Source of the DNA: Azolla caroliniana | Lineage: Eukaryota > Plantae > Polypodiophyta | Assembly: GCA_043228905.1 (NCBI GenBank) | Contig: JBHGNT010000003.1 | Location: forward strand, 25,482,001-25,546,000 | Reading direction: 5' to 3' | Length of the DNA: 64,000 nucleotides | Part shown: piece after piece, positions 24,491 to 37,953 of the stretch | Position numbering within the stretch: position 1 is the stretch's first letter | How the letters are laid out: each line of letters starts with the position of its first letter | The notes under the pieces: generated by a model | What the model was told of the DNA's origin: nothing | Seen by the model: only the letters and a program-made list of their open reading frames with translations | The model's database searches: none | Made by a program: the position numbers and the translations under genes

Positions 24491-27400
24491 ATGGAAACAG
24501 CATGTTGGTTAACTGCTTCTGCATCCACAAAGTGTTTGGATTATTCTCTTGGTAAGAAATTCCTCCTAAGAAAAGAATTTGGATCTAGGTCCAGACAAGT
24601 GCATTCTCTTCCTGGAAGACATTCAAGGGAGAGATCATTCTCACATGGAAACGTATTGCATAACATGATCACAATGGCCAGGCTACAAAAGGGAGGAAAA
24701 TCTGATAATAATAACAATGGTGATAATAGCTTTTATCGTTCCGGCCGTCCTTTTGTTAATGGTAGTTTGGGTTTTGGTTCTCCTGTCCCCAAAGAGCAAC
24801 AACCAGTGAATGAATACCAAAGTCTTGTAGATTCAGTACTATTCTCTTGGGCACTCGGCGATCTTTCGTCATATACATTGAAACTATCAGCAATAGGGAC
24901 GGCGGTCTCATTGTTCCTGGGGTGGCCGATTGTGGCATCTAATATGGATCCAGAGAAAGAGTTTCTTAAATGTAGCATTGGAGCCCTCTGTGGTGGCCTG
25001 TTAGCAGTCACATTAGCATCTTTACGGATGTACCTTGGTTGGGCATATGTTGGAAATCGTCTCTTCAGTGCAACCGTGGAGTGTATGCTTCTCTCTCTCT
25101 CACCAAAATCTTGTACATGGAAAAGGAAACACATGCATTATAGTTTTTAGCCTTTGAATGACGTGTAGTAGCAGCATTAGCTTCACTATGGAATGCATAT
25201 TTTTCTCTCTCACACACACCAAACTCCATACATGGAAATGAAAATAATGGGTTTCACTTTTTGCTGCCTTTACAAATCAATACAGTACTATTGGCTCCAC
25301 AAATCAATACAGTATCTTTGTTGAATGTATGCGTCTTGCACCAATCCATCATGTGGGAAAGGAAAATAACATTTCTGTTGCACAGTACATTAAAGGCCTT
25401 TAGAATGTTATGTGGTAGCAATAGCATGGCTTTTGTTAAACAATTTATAGATTCTTCTTGTTTTGAGTTCTAAAAAACTGTTATAATATTATTTTTTTCA
25501 GATGAAGAAACAGGATGGTATGATGGACAGGTAAAAAGGCATTCCATTTCCAACTTGTTTACGTTGATTTATGTCTGTTATATACAGCATGAAATCATTT
25601 ACTGAACATAGCATGGAACGTGCATGTAGCAGCTAATGGTATATAAAAGGGTTTGCTCCATTAGGTAGTGAACTATGAAATTAAATTGAAGTTCAGGGAA
25701 AAGATCCAATAGGTATACAAGCCATGATGAAATTGTCAGTTGTTGATAAAGAGTATTCGAGAGAAAGACAGGGTCAGGGAGGAGTAAATATATCAAAGAA
25801 TCAATATGATAATGTAGCTGTTGTGTATACATATCTGGTGTGTAGCCCAATACATAAGCTTATCTCTGATGACAATATGAAATCAGTTGAGAGTCGAGAG
25901 TTCGTGTGAGCACCTACTGGTTTAAACATATGGAACACCAAAGTATCCATTGTGAAAGTAAATCAGGATTTAGGTATTTTTCTTGCGAGTAAATCTTTTC
26001 TTTGGAATTGTAGTACCGATGAAGAAAAAACCTTTTTCTGCTGATATACTTTGAATGTAGCAGCATGGGCCCCGTTTGTACCTTGTGCAGAAAAGTACTT
26101 GTATCTCCTCCAGGATGGGCGAATGATTGTCCTCCCAGCAAGTGGGCGAATCTGGGTTTGGAGATATTTGGATTTTAGTGTTCAGGAAATACATATTGGG
26201 AGTTCAGAAAGCTGTTATATTATCACTTCAGAAAATGAGTAGAAATTTTTTTCCAGCTCATTTCAGTTCCAACTGTTAAAATTATTCTAGAGTGAGAAGA
26301 AAAGAAAATTTCAACATGAAAAAATTCTATTTGGATGATGCCAAAACCAGAATAATTCAACTTTTATTTTATTTATTGTAATTAGCTTACCTTATTGTTA
26401 AGTCATTTACACTACTAGCACTACATCTTGGGTTCGAAACCCAATTTTCTCACCTCTCTATTACTCCATACAAATCATCTTAATTTACTAGATGCCACTG
26501 TGGAATGTAGCGGTTGAACCCAGGACCACCTGGTCTCCATTGGGCAACCTTACCAATTGAGCTACATCCATCTGGGCAATAATAATAATAATTCAATATT
26601 CTGTCTGTCGTTCTCTTCCTATCTACTTTCATAGAGTGCAAGGAGAGAGTAATGATGAACAAATACACGGGAGAATAGTTTAAAGAACAAGATACCAAAA
26701 AGGCATTTCCAATGTAATCCACATCACAGTTCATTTCATATTTGGGTTCTAAATACCATGATTGTGATTCAAATGCATATCCTATTCTTACACCTTGAAA
26801 GTATTTATCCACTTTTTTTGGTTGATAGGTTTGGATAAAGCCTCCTGAAGTGTTGGCTCGTGATCGGCTTCTTGGTTCGTACAAGGTAATGAATGACCGT
26901 GAAGCATTGCATTAAACAAATTTTATGTCTTTTTCCTCATTTATGTATAGTAAGCACTTCAATTTTTTCATGTGTCAACTTCACAAAATTTTCTTTATTT
27001 CATATAAAACGAAATTCATTACTTTTTTTCTCATTTTTGTATAAGACATTTTGTGTTAATAAACATTTTCTTGGTGGTCAACAAATTTCGCTACTTTTTC
27101 TCACTCATTTCTGCAGAACAAATTTCATAGTTTTTTCTCATTTGTGTAAAAACAAACTCCCAACCTGTTATCATTTGTGCAGCAAACGAACTGTACAAAA
27201 TTTTTCTCATTTGTGTAAAAACATAAGCCATAAACTTTTTCTAATTTGTGTAAAAACATAAGCCACAAAACTTTTTCTCATTTGTGTAAAATAATGAATT
27301 GAAAAGAAAAAATTCACAACTTTTACATCACACAGGTTAAACCTGCCTTGAGCCGAGTAAAGTTGACTCTTATCGGGCTTGCAGCATCCCTGGTCACTTG

Positions 27401-27590
27401 CACTCTTTTCTTTTTGTCCATTGAAAGCACAAAAGATGCACCAATTCTCATGAATGGTATTAACGAGGATTCTAGTAGTATTCACCAATCTTATTCTGGT
27501 AGTGCTTATAGTGATGAATCAGCCCAAATGTTTGAACCTGAGGCCTTTGCCAATGAAGGTGAATCAATGATGCCTGATTATTGCTATTAG
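24491..27590 (+). CDS. CGLD27: CGLD27 / Ycf36-like (DUF1230) chloroplast membrane protein
   Basis: Exons 24491-25082, 25502-25530, 26829-26885 and 27336-27590. Transit-peptide-like N-terminus. Motifs PVPKEQQPVNEYQSL, LRMYLGWAYVGNRLFSATVEYEETGWYDGQVWIKPPEVLARDRLLGSYKVKP and the C-terminal YSDESAQMFEPEAF. Confidence 0.93.
26505..26577 (-). mobile_element. tRNA-derived SINE-like relic in CGLD27 intron 2
   Basis: The minus strand reads GGATGTAGCTCAATTGGTAAGG...GGTCCTGGGTTCAACC. It has an A-box (TAGCTCAATTGG) and a B-box-like GGTTCAACC at tRNA spacing, but no intact cloverleaf. Confidence 0.55.
26920..27295. repeat. Degenerate ~36-bp minisatellite filling CGLD27 intron 3
   Basis: Recurrent ttttctcatttgtgtaaaaac(ataagcca) units. 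Confidence 0.8.
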
Positions 27591-28729
27591 AGATGCATAT
27601 TAGCATCATATTTCTTATGATGATGCAATCACTTTTGACTTGAAGTTGTATTTTTATACAAGGTATGATATATGTACATTCTCTTATGTATATAAATAGA
27701 TATTCTTTCGAGTAGACATCCTCTTCCAAAATTTAAGGCACTTTATAGAACATAGTGAAACCTTTAAAACATCTCTACAAAATTATGGGAATTCAAGGTC
27801 CAAGAAATTTCAATGCATAAAGGTAAAATTGGATTTGAGTATGCCTTGATGGTCTAATGACTAGATTGATAGATGTATTAAACCTTGAACAATGTTACCT
27901 ATATATCTAATCATGTTCTCCATCTATAATTCTAGTCATCTTCTTATGGTATTACTCATTTGATAATAAATGCATATATTATCCTGCAAACCCATTTATG
28001 TTTGAGGCAATCATAATATTCTTATATCGAGATGATGGTGTGTCATTGATGGTGGTGATGCAATATCAAGAATACCTCTTGCATAGTTGGATACTTAATG
28101 CAAGGATTTCCAATATGTGAGCACCACCTAATTCAGTACTAAATTTAACCTTTTGGCAAGAGGGATGAAACACGAAGGGAGCACATTTAAAAAGAAGTTC
28201 AATGTATTCCCTACTTGGCATAGATTAATTGGCACTAGTGTTATAACTAACAATGTTCTTCTAGTCATGACAAAAAAATGGTTACTTGGCATGGGTGTCA
28301 TGCAAAAGTAAAAGGCATATGACTTGTAGTTTCAACATCACCATACTTTTAAATAATTTCTTAAAAAGAAATGCATGCATCATGTTAGTAATAAACAAGT
28401 CAATAAGGTCATATGTTTTGGGAGAACAAATCTGAAAGGAAGATGAGGTCAATTACATTTTTTGAGAAAACTCTAAACAAAAACCCATGAGGCATGACAT
28501 GATAAATTTGGAACAAACTACATAAAATGGGCCATGAAGCATCTAGATTGAAATTTGCTATTTTTGTTAAATATACAATATTTGTCCCATTGTGGCATTC
28601 TTTGAGTGGGAGAGTAGAATACATGCATGTGAGGAAGACAAATGTCTCTCTATAAAACAAGCCAACGAATTCGGGTTGAGGACTTGAGGGAAAACCACAA
28701 CATACAAGAAAAGTTGTTTGGCTTTGCAG

Positions 28730-28980
28730 AGAGCTCATGAACTAGTTATATAGTAAGGCCTATATGTTGACCAATTTAGATGCCTTCCCATGTTGGAGTA
28801 TGTAATGAGAAATTTACAACTTTGTGATGTCAAGTACATCTATAAGTGTGCTTATAGAGCTCATGAACTAGTTATATAGTAAGGCCTATATGTTGGCCAA
28901 TTTAGATGCCTTCCCATGTGGGAGTATGTAATGAGAAATTTACAACTTTGTGATGTCAAGTACATCTATAAGTGTGGTTA
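28730..28980. repeat. Near-perfect two-copy ~127-bp tandem duplication
   Basis: agagctcatgaactagttatatagtaaggcctatatgttg...caagtacatctataagtgtg occurs twice. Confidence 0.92.
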
Positions 28981-29240
28981 TGTCTACTTCTACTTAATTT
29001 AGTCACCATTAAAGCAAATGCTCTAGGAATACACCATCACCCTAAATGCTTATAGCTCCTTGAAAGGCATCAACATAGAGCTTACACAAATATTGCCCAT
29101 GCTCATAGCTCGAGCCTTTCCACACACTAAAGTGTCTACCAAACACTTTCATAGTTTGGATCAGAAAGAAAAGATAACTTTAAATGACCTTTATCGGTTA
29201 CACTTAAATGATCACATCGGCCATTGATGGTGATAATTGA

Positions 29241-29279
<39 letters not shown>

Positions 29280-29398
29280 TCACTCACCACACCATGAAGA
29301 GAAGAATAGCCTTTGAGTGTAACTTGGTTCATAATGTAGTGACCATACTTGGCCTATATTGGTTTACAACCAAGTATCGAATATTAACTCCTTGAATG

Positions 29399-29435
<37 letters not shown>

Positions 29436-29797
29436 ATGGTTTTATGGAGCGATGAATAATTCTTGAGTGTAAGTTGGTTAACAAACAAGTTGAACCACCT
29501 AGCAAATGTGCCTTAGAGCTTACACATAAGACAATAATGTAGCAACAACCTTATAGCAAAGGAAAAAATCATACAAAAATTCCTCTTTCAAAATTGTGCG
29601 TGATTGTTAATTCATTCTTGGGGAAAACCCCCAAGGTAAAAAAAACAAACAAAAGAGACCCTCCCCCCATAAAACAATGTCAATTAACTCAAATCGTCCT
29701 AATGTAAGTGAAAATTCACTATCGCATACATAGATAGATAGAGAACTACTCGTACAAATGTGACAAATGTTTGCTATCTGAAATCTAATTATTTCCT

Positions 29798-29814
29798 AAA
29801 CCCTAAACCCTAAA
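29798..29814 (+). promoter_or_regulatory. Tandem telo-box (AAACCCT)2 upstream of the RAB3GAP2-like locus
   Basis: taaaccctaaaccctaaac lies ~250 bp before the first exon. Confidence 0.45.
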
Positions 29815-29957
29815 CTGGTAAGACCGCATGCAAGGTGTATACCAGTCATTTTCAGCACTATTACAAAGGGGTAATATCAGTATGTAGTATTATGAAACTC
29901 CAGCTGAAGGGTATTATAGTGATTTCTGTAAACCCGGGGGTATCCCAGTAAAATCTG

Positions 29958-30031
29958 GAAACAGGTGAATAATCCTCTGTTTCTATGACGCCTTGAAACA
30001 GGTGAATAATCCTCTGTTTCTACGATGCCTT
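29958..30031. repeat. 37-bp direct repeat (two copies) just before the RAB3GAP2-like first exon
   Basis: gaaacaggtgaataatcctctgtttcta.ga.gcctt occurs twice. Confidence 0.9.
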
Positions 30032-30051
30032 GTCAATCTCTACACACTACC

Positions 30052-33000
30052 ATGGCTCAGTTGGTGCTCCATTTGAAGGATGGATGAAATCATCCTCATC
30101 TCTGCGTTTGTTGGCCATGCCCACCCATCTCATTGCGATGACCAGATCAAGATCTGTAATGATCATGAGTTTATACAAAGGACAGTCGAGTGATGCTAGC
30201 AAAGCATCATCTTCTGTGACTATGTGTTTACCAAGGTGGGAAGAAGGTCGTATTGTTGTCAGTGCTATTCAATGGATTCATTGGAGGGATTCGTTTTTCC
30301 TTGCTGTTGCTACAACTTTGGGCTCGGTGTTGTTCTACTCTGCCAAAGGAATCTTGATCTTGAGGCAGGTAAATGATCTTTTCTCTTTGTTATAGTAAAT
30401 GAGAGGCGAAAATTAGGGTTTTGTGAAAGGATTATTGCTCTTACGACAGGTAAATCATCTTTTATATTTGTGACAATCAGGGTCTTTGGAAATTTCTTGT
30501 TGCTTTTGAGACAGGTAAATGGTATTTTATCCTTGTTATAAGCTTGGTTTTATTCAAATTAGAAGGATTTTTGCTTTTCGGATGGCTAAATGATCTTATA
30601 TCTTTTTTCATAATAGTGTTTTGTTTCGTATTCGTTGTTCAAATGAGAGAACAAAATAGGGTCTACAGAAGGATATTTTCCTTTGGGATTGGTAAATTCT
30701 ATATCTTTGTTGTAATGGTGCTTTTTTTTTATAGTTTTTTTCCTTTGTCATAATTCTGTTTTTTCTCTTCTGTGATAGAAACAACTTTGATTTTCCAAAA
30801 GGCCTACATAGCTTTTGGGATATGGAATGGATCTTACCTTTAAAATAGTATTACTTCATTTATTATTATTATATGAGAAACGAATAGGATTTTCTAAAGG
30901 GCTTGTATTGCTTTTGGGATAGGTAAAGGATCTTCTTCTTTAAAAACGAGTATGCATTTATCTAGTTTTGGGTTTTCAAAGGAGAGAAAAAGTGTCAGCT
31001 TTCTTGCATTTTGAGTGGGTTCTTTAAAGTTGATTACATAGTCTTGGATTTCTCTTCATAGCAGTGGTGTCAGCGTATTTCTGCTTTTAAACGAGGGAGA
31101 ATTGTGGATCCTATTTGAAAATTAAGGTTTTTAAATAGGATCATGATCATGTTTCATTTGTTGGACTTTCCATGCAAGGAAAATCTAGACTTTCCTTGGA
31201 AAAGTTGGTCTGAATTTTCTCCCTATGGTGCTATTTCTCTTTCCTGTTTTTTTGTTCAATGAGAGAAGGGAATGTGTTTTCTCTTGGAAAAATTAGGTTT
31301 TTGAATGGGTTTCTTTAAAGCGGGTCATGTAGGGTAGGATGTTGACTTCTTTAGATGGATTTTTTTTTTGGGGGGGGGGTATGAATTGTCCCTCGATACC
31401 AATCTACTGTTCCATAGTACAAAGAAATTGTTACTTAGGTTATCAATGGAGCGTACTTTCTAGATATGAATTGTTGCTCTTTTAAAGAAGGATAAAAAAA
31501 TTATGAAAACTTGGTTGTGCACAGGTATTTCACTGCAATCCTATTCTATGACTGCACGTTCAAGGAAACTATGACAAATCCTCGCAAGAAAGTTGCATGG
31601 AAGCACTTTGTGTAACATATACCGATGTTCTTGTGCGTATTGGCATATCAGACTTGAAGGTTGTACATCCACAAGAGTTGTATGGGGAGGGGGCTTGAAC
31701 TCCAGACCTATGCACTTGATACTTTTATGTCAATTGTGCTTATCGTTCTTGCAAGTTGCAACTATCTATTCTGATTCTCTGTTTTAAGCTTAGCGGTGAT
31801 TTTGTCCAAGAAAAAAACAATGGATTGATAATGTGTGTTGCCTTAGCAGCCATTGCTCTACAGATGCTTTCAGGACATCAAGGAAAGATCAAGCAAAAGG
31901 AGATTCAGCTCCATTACTCAAGCTTATTTTAGCTCACATAAGCTGCCTTATCAAGTATGGAATGTGGCAAAAAACACAAGAGGTGGTTCTGTATGCATTG
32001 ATGGTATGATTTGTGGTAGTATAGGCCCAAGTCTATTTAAGTCCCATGAGGTAACCTTTTTGTTTGCAGTCTGACCAACAGCATTACTCTGCCATCACAA
32101 CCACACAAGACTGTGTGTGTATGTAGTTCACAGGTGAAAAGAATTAACATGATTTTCCATCAGTTTTCTCCTTTTATGGATGGTTATGTATAATACCACA
32201 TTTTTCAAATGAAGGATTGTGAGTAGGATCCATTTTGTGTATATGTTGTCGTGAAAGTTTGGAACATGAATCCCAGGCTTGTGGAGGATAAAGAATTCAA
32301 CACGATCTCAAGCGTCATTTTGAAGAAAATTGTCCCCATGGCTTTGTCTAAATTTATATTATAATGTTTGTGAAGTTCTTTTGGCAAGATTCCAGTGAAG
32401 AGAATCAACCTCTGGAAGTCGGAGATGCAAGAGTTTGGGAGATGTAAACATATGAGGGGATATTGAAGTTGAGAAGAACACCAAAACACCCCTACATTTT
32501 TGGATATTTATTGCAACAAACCTCCGTTTTAAAACACGACCAATGACCAACGAGGTGCATGTTCAACGAGTGATGGCTGGTATGGGTATTAATTTAAATA
32601 TCCAAAACAGGAGGGGTATTTTGAAGAATTTGCATAGCATATCTATAGTATGTCTTATTGTGTTGCTCTTCAATCTCTAGCATCTCTTGTGACTTTATTG
32701 AAAGATGGGTTGAGGAGAGGGGAGAGAATGTCAGTGTCACATTGGGGCCATTTAGCTTTGTTAACTGACTCATTTGGACGTGTCCTCATAGAGACGCAAA
32801 CATTCATTGTCATAAGACTATGGAACTTTTGCAAAATTGGATCCTTTCTTTACAGGTTTATTTTACAAAGTTCACACTATTATACTAGGGTTACCGCGAT
32901 GCTGTTTGCTGCTTCTTAGATGCTCCTACGGATAATAATAATTACTCTACTCCAATTTCTCATGTTATCAAAAGAATGCAAAAACAACCCATTGCATTAT

Positions 33001-33303
33001 GTCTGGTTATACATGCACCTCGCTGGGGAGTTGTTGAGGTGACAAATATAAGCTTCATTGATAATGTCTCCTTAAAACTTTTTTGTTTTTTCTCTCTTAC
33101 AATTGCAAAATTTAACTTAATTAAAGTATGTAGGTGTGGAAACTACACAATGGCCCAAAGCTTTGTGTGATAAAATGTGGTTGGAATAGTCATGTCATCC
33201 AGCCAGCTTTACCTCTTCAAGATCATGAATTCAAGGCCCAAGAGGTTTATATCCTCAATGGTATTCTGGTGATGTGGTAGCCATCAAGCCATGCATTGGG
33301 TGA
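30052..33303 (+). pseudogene. RAB3GAP2: Rab3 GTPase-activating protein non-catalytic subunit (RAB3GAP2-like), unprocessed pseudogene
   Basis: Eight exon relics follow the plant RAB3GAP2 order: GAPFEGW..SAIQW..TTLGSVLFYS..LILRQ; VFH..; KLPYQVWNV; HYSAIT; LKKIVP; LKD..RGE..LTDSFGRVL..IRLW; GYRDA..LCLVIHAPRWGVVE; VWKLHNGPKL..EVYILNG. Lesions: in-frame TGA at 31549-31551, a 19-bp intron at 32051-32069, frameshifts near 32115, 32360, 32420 and 33263, and a lost donor near 32826. Confidence 0.85.
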
Positions 33304-36300
33304 GGTGGGCAGTAGAAAATATCCCATGTGACTATTTTTATGCTCACATTTGACATGAGGATAAGAAGTTCACCGTAGACCCAATACCCAAAGCGCTAAA
33401 CCCTACAATTGTAAACCTTGATAAATCCCTAAATAGTGAGCTTGGTAGTTTGAAACAAATTGGAATCTTCCATTTATTTCAAAAAACCCTAAACAGGTAT
33501 GTTGTGTGCACTGTGTAGACCCTCATATGAGTCTCTTAGTTGGAGATACAGTGAGTGTTAGTGAACCCAGAAGTACAAAGCCCATATTTATAAATAACTA
33601 TGTAGAGGAGGTTAGTATATGATATTAAATGTGGATGATCTATAGAAATACTAGTCATAAATATCTGTGGGTTTGTGAAAGGGTTCATTGTATATGTTTT
33701 GCAGAGACATCAAGCAATATCATGCTTGAATTAAGATATGCAATTTTTTTGTAGGTACAGTAAAATTGCTTTTGATGCAGGAATTGTTGGTGTGTACTTG
33801 TGCCTCTAAGAAATCCTAATATTATGCGGTAAATTTTATGACAATACCCCAATTTGATGGATTGTGATAGTGCATCTAAGCACTAAACTCGGTATTTAAC
33901 CTCAAACCTCTTGGAAAGCATGAAGAATTAATGTCAATATTTAACTTAAAACCCTATTGAAATCACAAATCTCTTTGAAAGTACAATAAAGAATTAACAT
34001 GAATATTTAACCATGAACCCATTTGAAAACATAGTGGTACTAAATAAAACATCGTTCGTGAGAAACCAAAACATCTCAAACCCAAATCTATTAATCACTA
34101 TTAATAACTTGTTTCCCAATTGATCATGCAATTGTATCCAATTTTGCCAAAGTATTTGAGGGTGCCTCTAAATGTAGAGTAGATTAATAATGTGCACACA
34201 AATAGAATGCTATTGATTGATCTATTTGATTCTCCTCTAGAAACAATGCTCTAGAGAGAAGTAAAGACAAAAAGGGAGAGCTTGACAAAGGAAATTGTTG
34301 AGGAGTTACATGGCCATGAATGGATCCAACATGTTCAACACTATTATTAAACTCATTGAATGCATTAGCTACATAAACTTTCATCCATGTATGCTTGCAT
34401 GATGTTCTATTTGGTAACATCTCATTTCCAACATTTATCCAATAATTTTGTCATGTAGAGAGAAGAACATTAATGCATAACCATCATAAATGAGGAACAC
34501 CATGAATGTACAATGCAATGCCGAGGAAAAGGGGTGCAAAGGAATACGATAGAGAAAGTGGGAACATACTAATAAAAATACAATGTGGCAAGATAAGTGT
34601 AAGAACAATATTAACTTAGATTTTGCATGAATGTGTTGGATAATTTTAATATTTATATAGTACCAATGGCTTATACACAAAGTTTATGAATATTCATCGC
34701 ATTCAATACATGCAACTGAGTCACTTGTAGGCTTTCATAAGTCAATCTCGACTTTATGCGTCGTACGTAAAATTACATGACATTGAGATTCTATTATGCA
34801 ACATTAGCCCTAAATTCTACATTGGCCTTTATGATGGGCACATAAAAGAAGTTCGAGGGGTTTTTAAATATCTATATTATTATAATATAAATTTAATGTT
34901 TGATTCAATGGAATGTAAAAACCTTTTTCCGAAATTTTATGAGAATCAAGCCAATAAAGACCATGTGATCCTTACGGGAGAATTGATCTAAACATTGTAA
35001 CCACCTATCAATTACCATATAGGTATGACACGAAGCATACACTGTCACGATTTCTAACACCATTAGAGTTGAACATTGTTTTGGGCAGGACCTCTTGAAT
35101 TATAGATATTTTTTGTGAATTTAAAGTTAGTAATAATCATTAATTTTGAATCTTTGGTAACCGCGTGCTCGGCAGATTCTTGAGTGTCCCTTTCTTTCGT
35201 TTGACTTAAAATATCCATTGACAATAGTCATATTACATATTCTACACAATCATTTGGTGTGAAAACATGCTTATATTGTTGATCACAATGATTCTAGAAC
35301 TAATATCTCAATTTGTATAAGTAAACTAAAATCATAATAATACTTGATCAATGAGTGTGTAATTCAACAAAGTAGACCACAATAAGTATGAGATTTTGAA
35401 GAGAGTGTACAATTGTTTTTGTCATGTTGTCCTAATCATAAATTTGATCTAATGTGTCGTGGACCATTATGAGAAAACTTTGAAGTATCATAAGAATATG
35501 ATTATAAGATATACTCCTTAAACTAAGCTAATAAGGCAAGTTTAAAGTGTTATAAGAGGAAGAGAGGTAAAACACAATGAATACTCTCCAATTAAGGCCA
35601 TTAGTCCATACTATATGGAAGGGAGCACCATCCTGTGCATAAGCAAGAGGTCATGTGCCTCATATACAACAGCATGTGTCCTTGCGGTACTATTGATGTT
35701 TTAAATTACCTTTATCATTATCTTAGTAATCGGTACAATTAGACTCACATGAGTTCTCTTGTAGAAAGGAGTGTATCATCACAACAACAAACCATTGGAG
35801 AGAAGGAAAAGTAGTTTCATTGTTGGTTCCATAAAAAGTGTTGTCAATCAATTCCCTTTGGGACACACATTTTGGTAGAAGCCAAAATGTTCAAACCCAT
35901 GCCATTCGGCTTTCTTTGTGAATATGTGGATATTCGTAAATACTTTCCTCTAACATCAACCCAATGTTATAACCCACACCATCAATATACTACTCGTACA
36001 TTTGTTTTGTGAATCTAATCTAACCCTACACATGTATCTAGAATGTTCATGGCGTTAGCCCTCATATGCATAATCTTATAATTAAAGAGTGAATTAGGTT
36101 GAAAATAGGCCCATTAGCTTGGTCTATAAGGTTGAGGACAAATCAAAGGATCATACCTATGCAAAACCCAATCATCCAATATGTAGAAGTGACATTGACA
36201 TTTTACTCAAACATCTAAAGCACAATTGAACTTGCATGCAACTATATTGCACAAATCAATTACAAGGTTCCTAGTTCATGCATTGACCCCAAAACCCCCT

Positions 36301-37796
36301 CAATGTTACGATGTACTAAACATTTCCCAAACCAAACTTTATGTATGTTCCAAGTCGCATCTTCCTTTTTTCCTTATACAAGAGATAGACTTTTGGTAAG
36401 ATGATGTTTTGGACTTAGGCCTAGTAAGGTTAATGTTGTCATCCTTCTACCTCCTCCTACATACAACTGATGTTCGTTGTACTTAATACTAAGATAAGTT
36501 TGAACAATCTTGGAACACATGTGCTCATGGTATCAAGTACACATGTTGGACCAATTTGTGGACCAGACATGAAACATGTTTTGCGATTGCTAGTTATGTA
36601 AAAATACCTTGTGCTATTATTTTAAATGATTCATTTAATAGATTATGCTTCCATATGCACATTTGTATTACAATCATTCTACCAAATAGAGGTGAAGTTT
36701 TTGATGATAATGTCAATTTAGTTGAGAGAGATTAGATACAACCAAGTGTTGGATTAGTTTCAATCTTTTGTCATTGTGTTCTTTATGGATCTTAATTATT
36801 AGTATTGTCATAAAAGAGTAACATGGAATTAGCAAGTGTGCACAATATTTATGCTTACAACCATGTCAATGATCTCAAGATGGATCCAATATTGATGCAA
36901 AATATGATCATGTTACTTCTAGCAAAACCTTACGTTATGGTTTGCCATGAGTTAAGGTACTTGATATGTATACCATGTTGAGTGGCTTAATTAAAGAAGC
37001 CTTAAATTTACTTATATGACTAGCAATATGAAAACAATTCTAGGTCTGGAATGCTCAAAGGCACAGGACAAAGGAGCCTTCGACTTGCACCTCTAACATG
37101 TTAGACTCAAGCAGAATCCCAAGCATTGTGCACGATGACGACAATATGATGAGTTAGATTTTTTACTGAAATTGTCATAGTGATTATTAACCTTCTATTT
37201 ATGATTGTATATGTGAATATTAGTACACCGAGATGATTTGAGCCTATATTGGGACCCCAACCATGCAACATCATGAGATTATTGAATGTGTACGAAATCC
37301 ACTACTTATTGAATATGTACAAAGCCCATGGCTCATTGATTCCGATAAAGAGGGCTCCAAGTTTTGTGAACACCATTATTAGTGTGAGAGCAATTCCACA
37401 TGGGGACATTTGAAATGGCTAGGGTTGAGCAAACCTAGTATGCACATATTGGACTGAGATAGGAAGAAGCATGTGCAATTGCTTTTAGTGAGGGGGACAA
37501 TTAAAGGAGGAAAAAGAAGGGAAGTTTTGATGAATGTAAAGACTTGTAGGTGGGGGAGATGGTTCAAGATGAAATGCAAAGAAACCGAATTCTTACTTAT
37601 GACCTGCCACACCAAGTTATTTTCTCCGTCAAGTGGGCATGATCTTTATAAAGAAATAAATGTATAAATGTCAATAGCAAGTAAATAAGGGTATGTACAT
37701 TTATAAATAAGTGAATCTATGCATAGGTTGGTTTTCGCCATTGCCATTGTGAGTTTCCCCCATGTAATATAACTTTACAAAAACTACGAATATTCA

Positions 37797-37798
37797 TA

Positions 37799-37871
<73 letters not shown>

Positions 37872-37876
37872 GTGCA

Positions 37877-37919
<43 letters not shown>

Positions 37920-37953
37920 GTGCATGTGTATGTGTATGTGTATGTGTATGTGT
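37797..37953. repeat. (TATGTG)n hexanucleotide microsatellite, ~26 copies
   Basis: Near-perfect run with two CATGTG variants. It explains the spurious MCMC/YVYV/HIHI ORFs. Confidence 0.97.

Noticed and set aside
31549-31551. In-frame TGA as selenocysteine, readthrough or an RNA-editing site
   Set aside because: The same locus has several frameshifts and broken splice sites, so pseudogenisation (probably CGA>TGA) is the simpler explanation.
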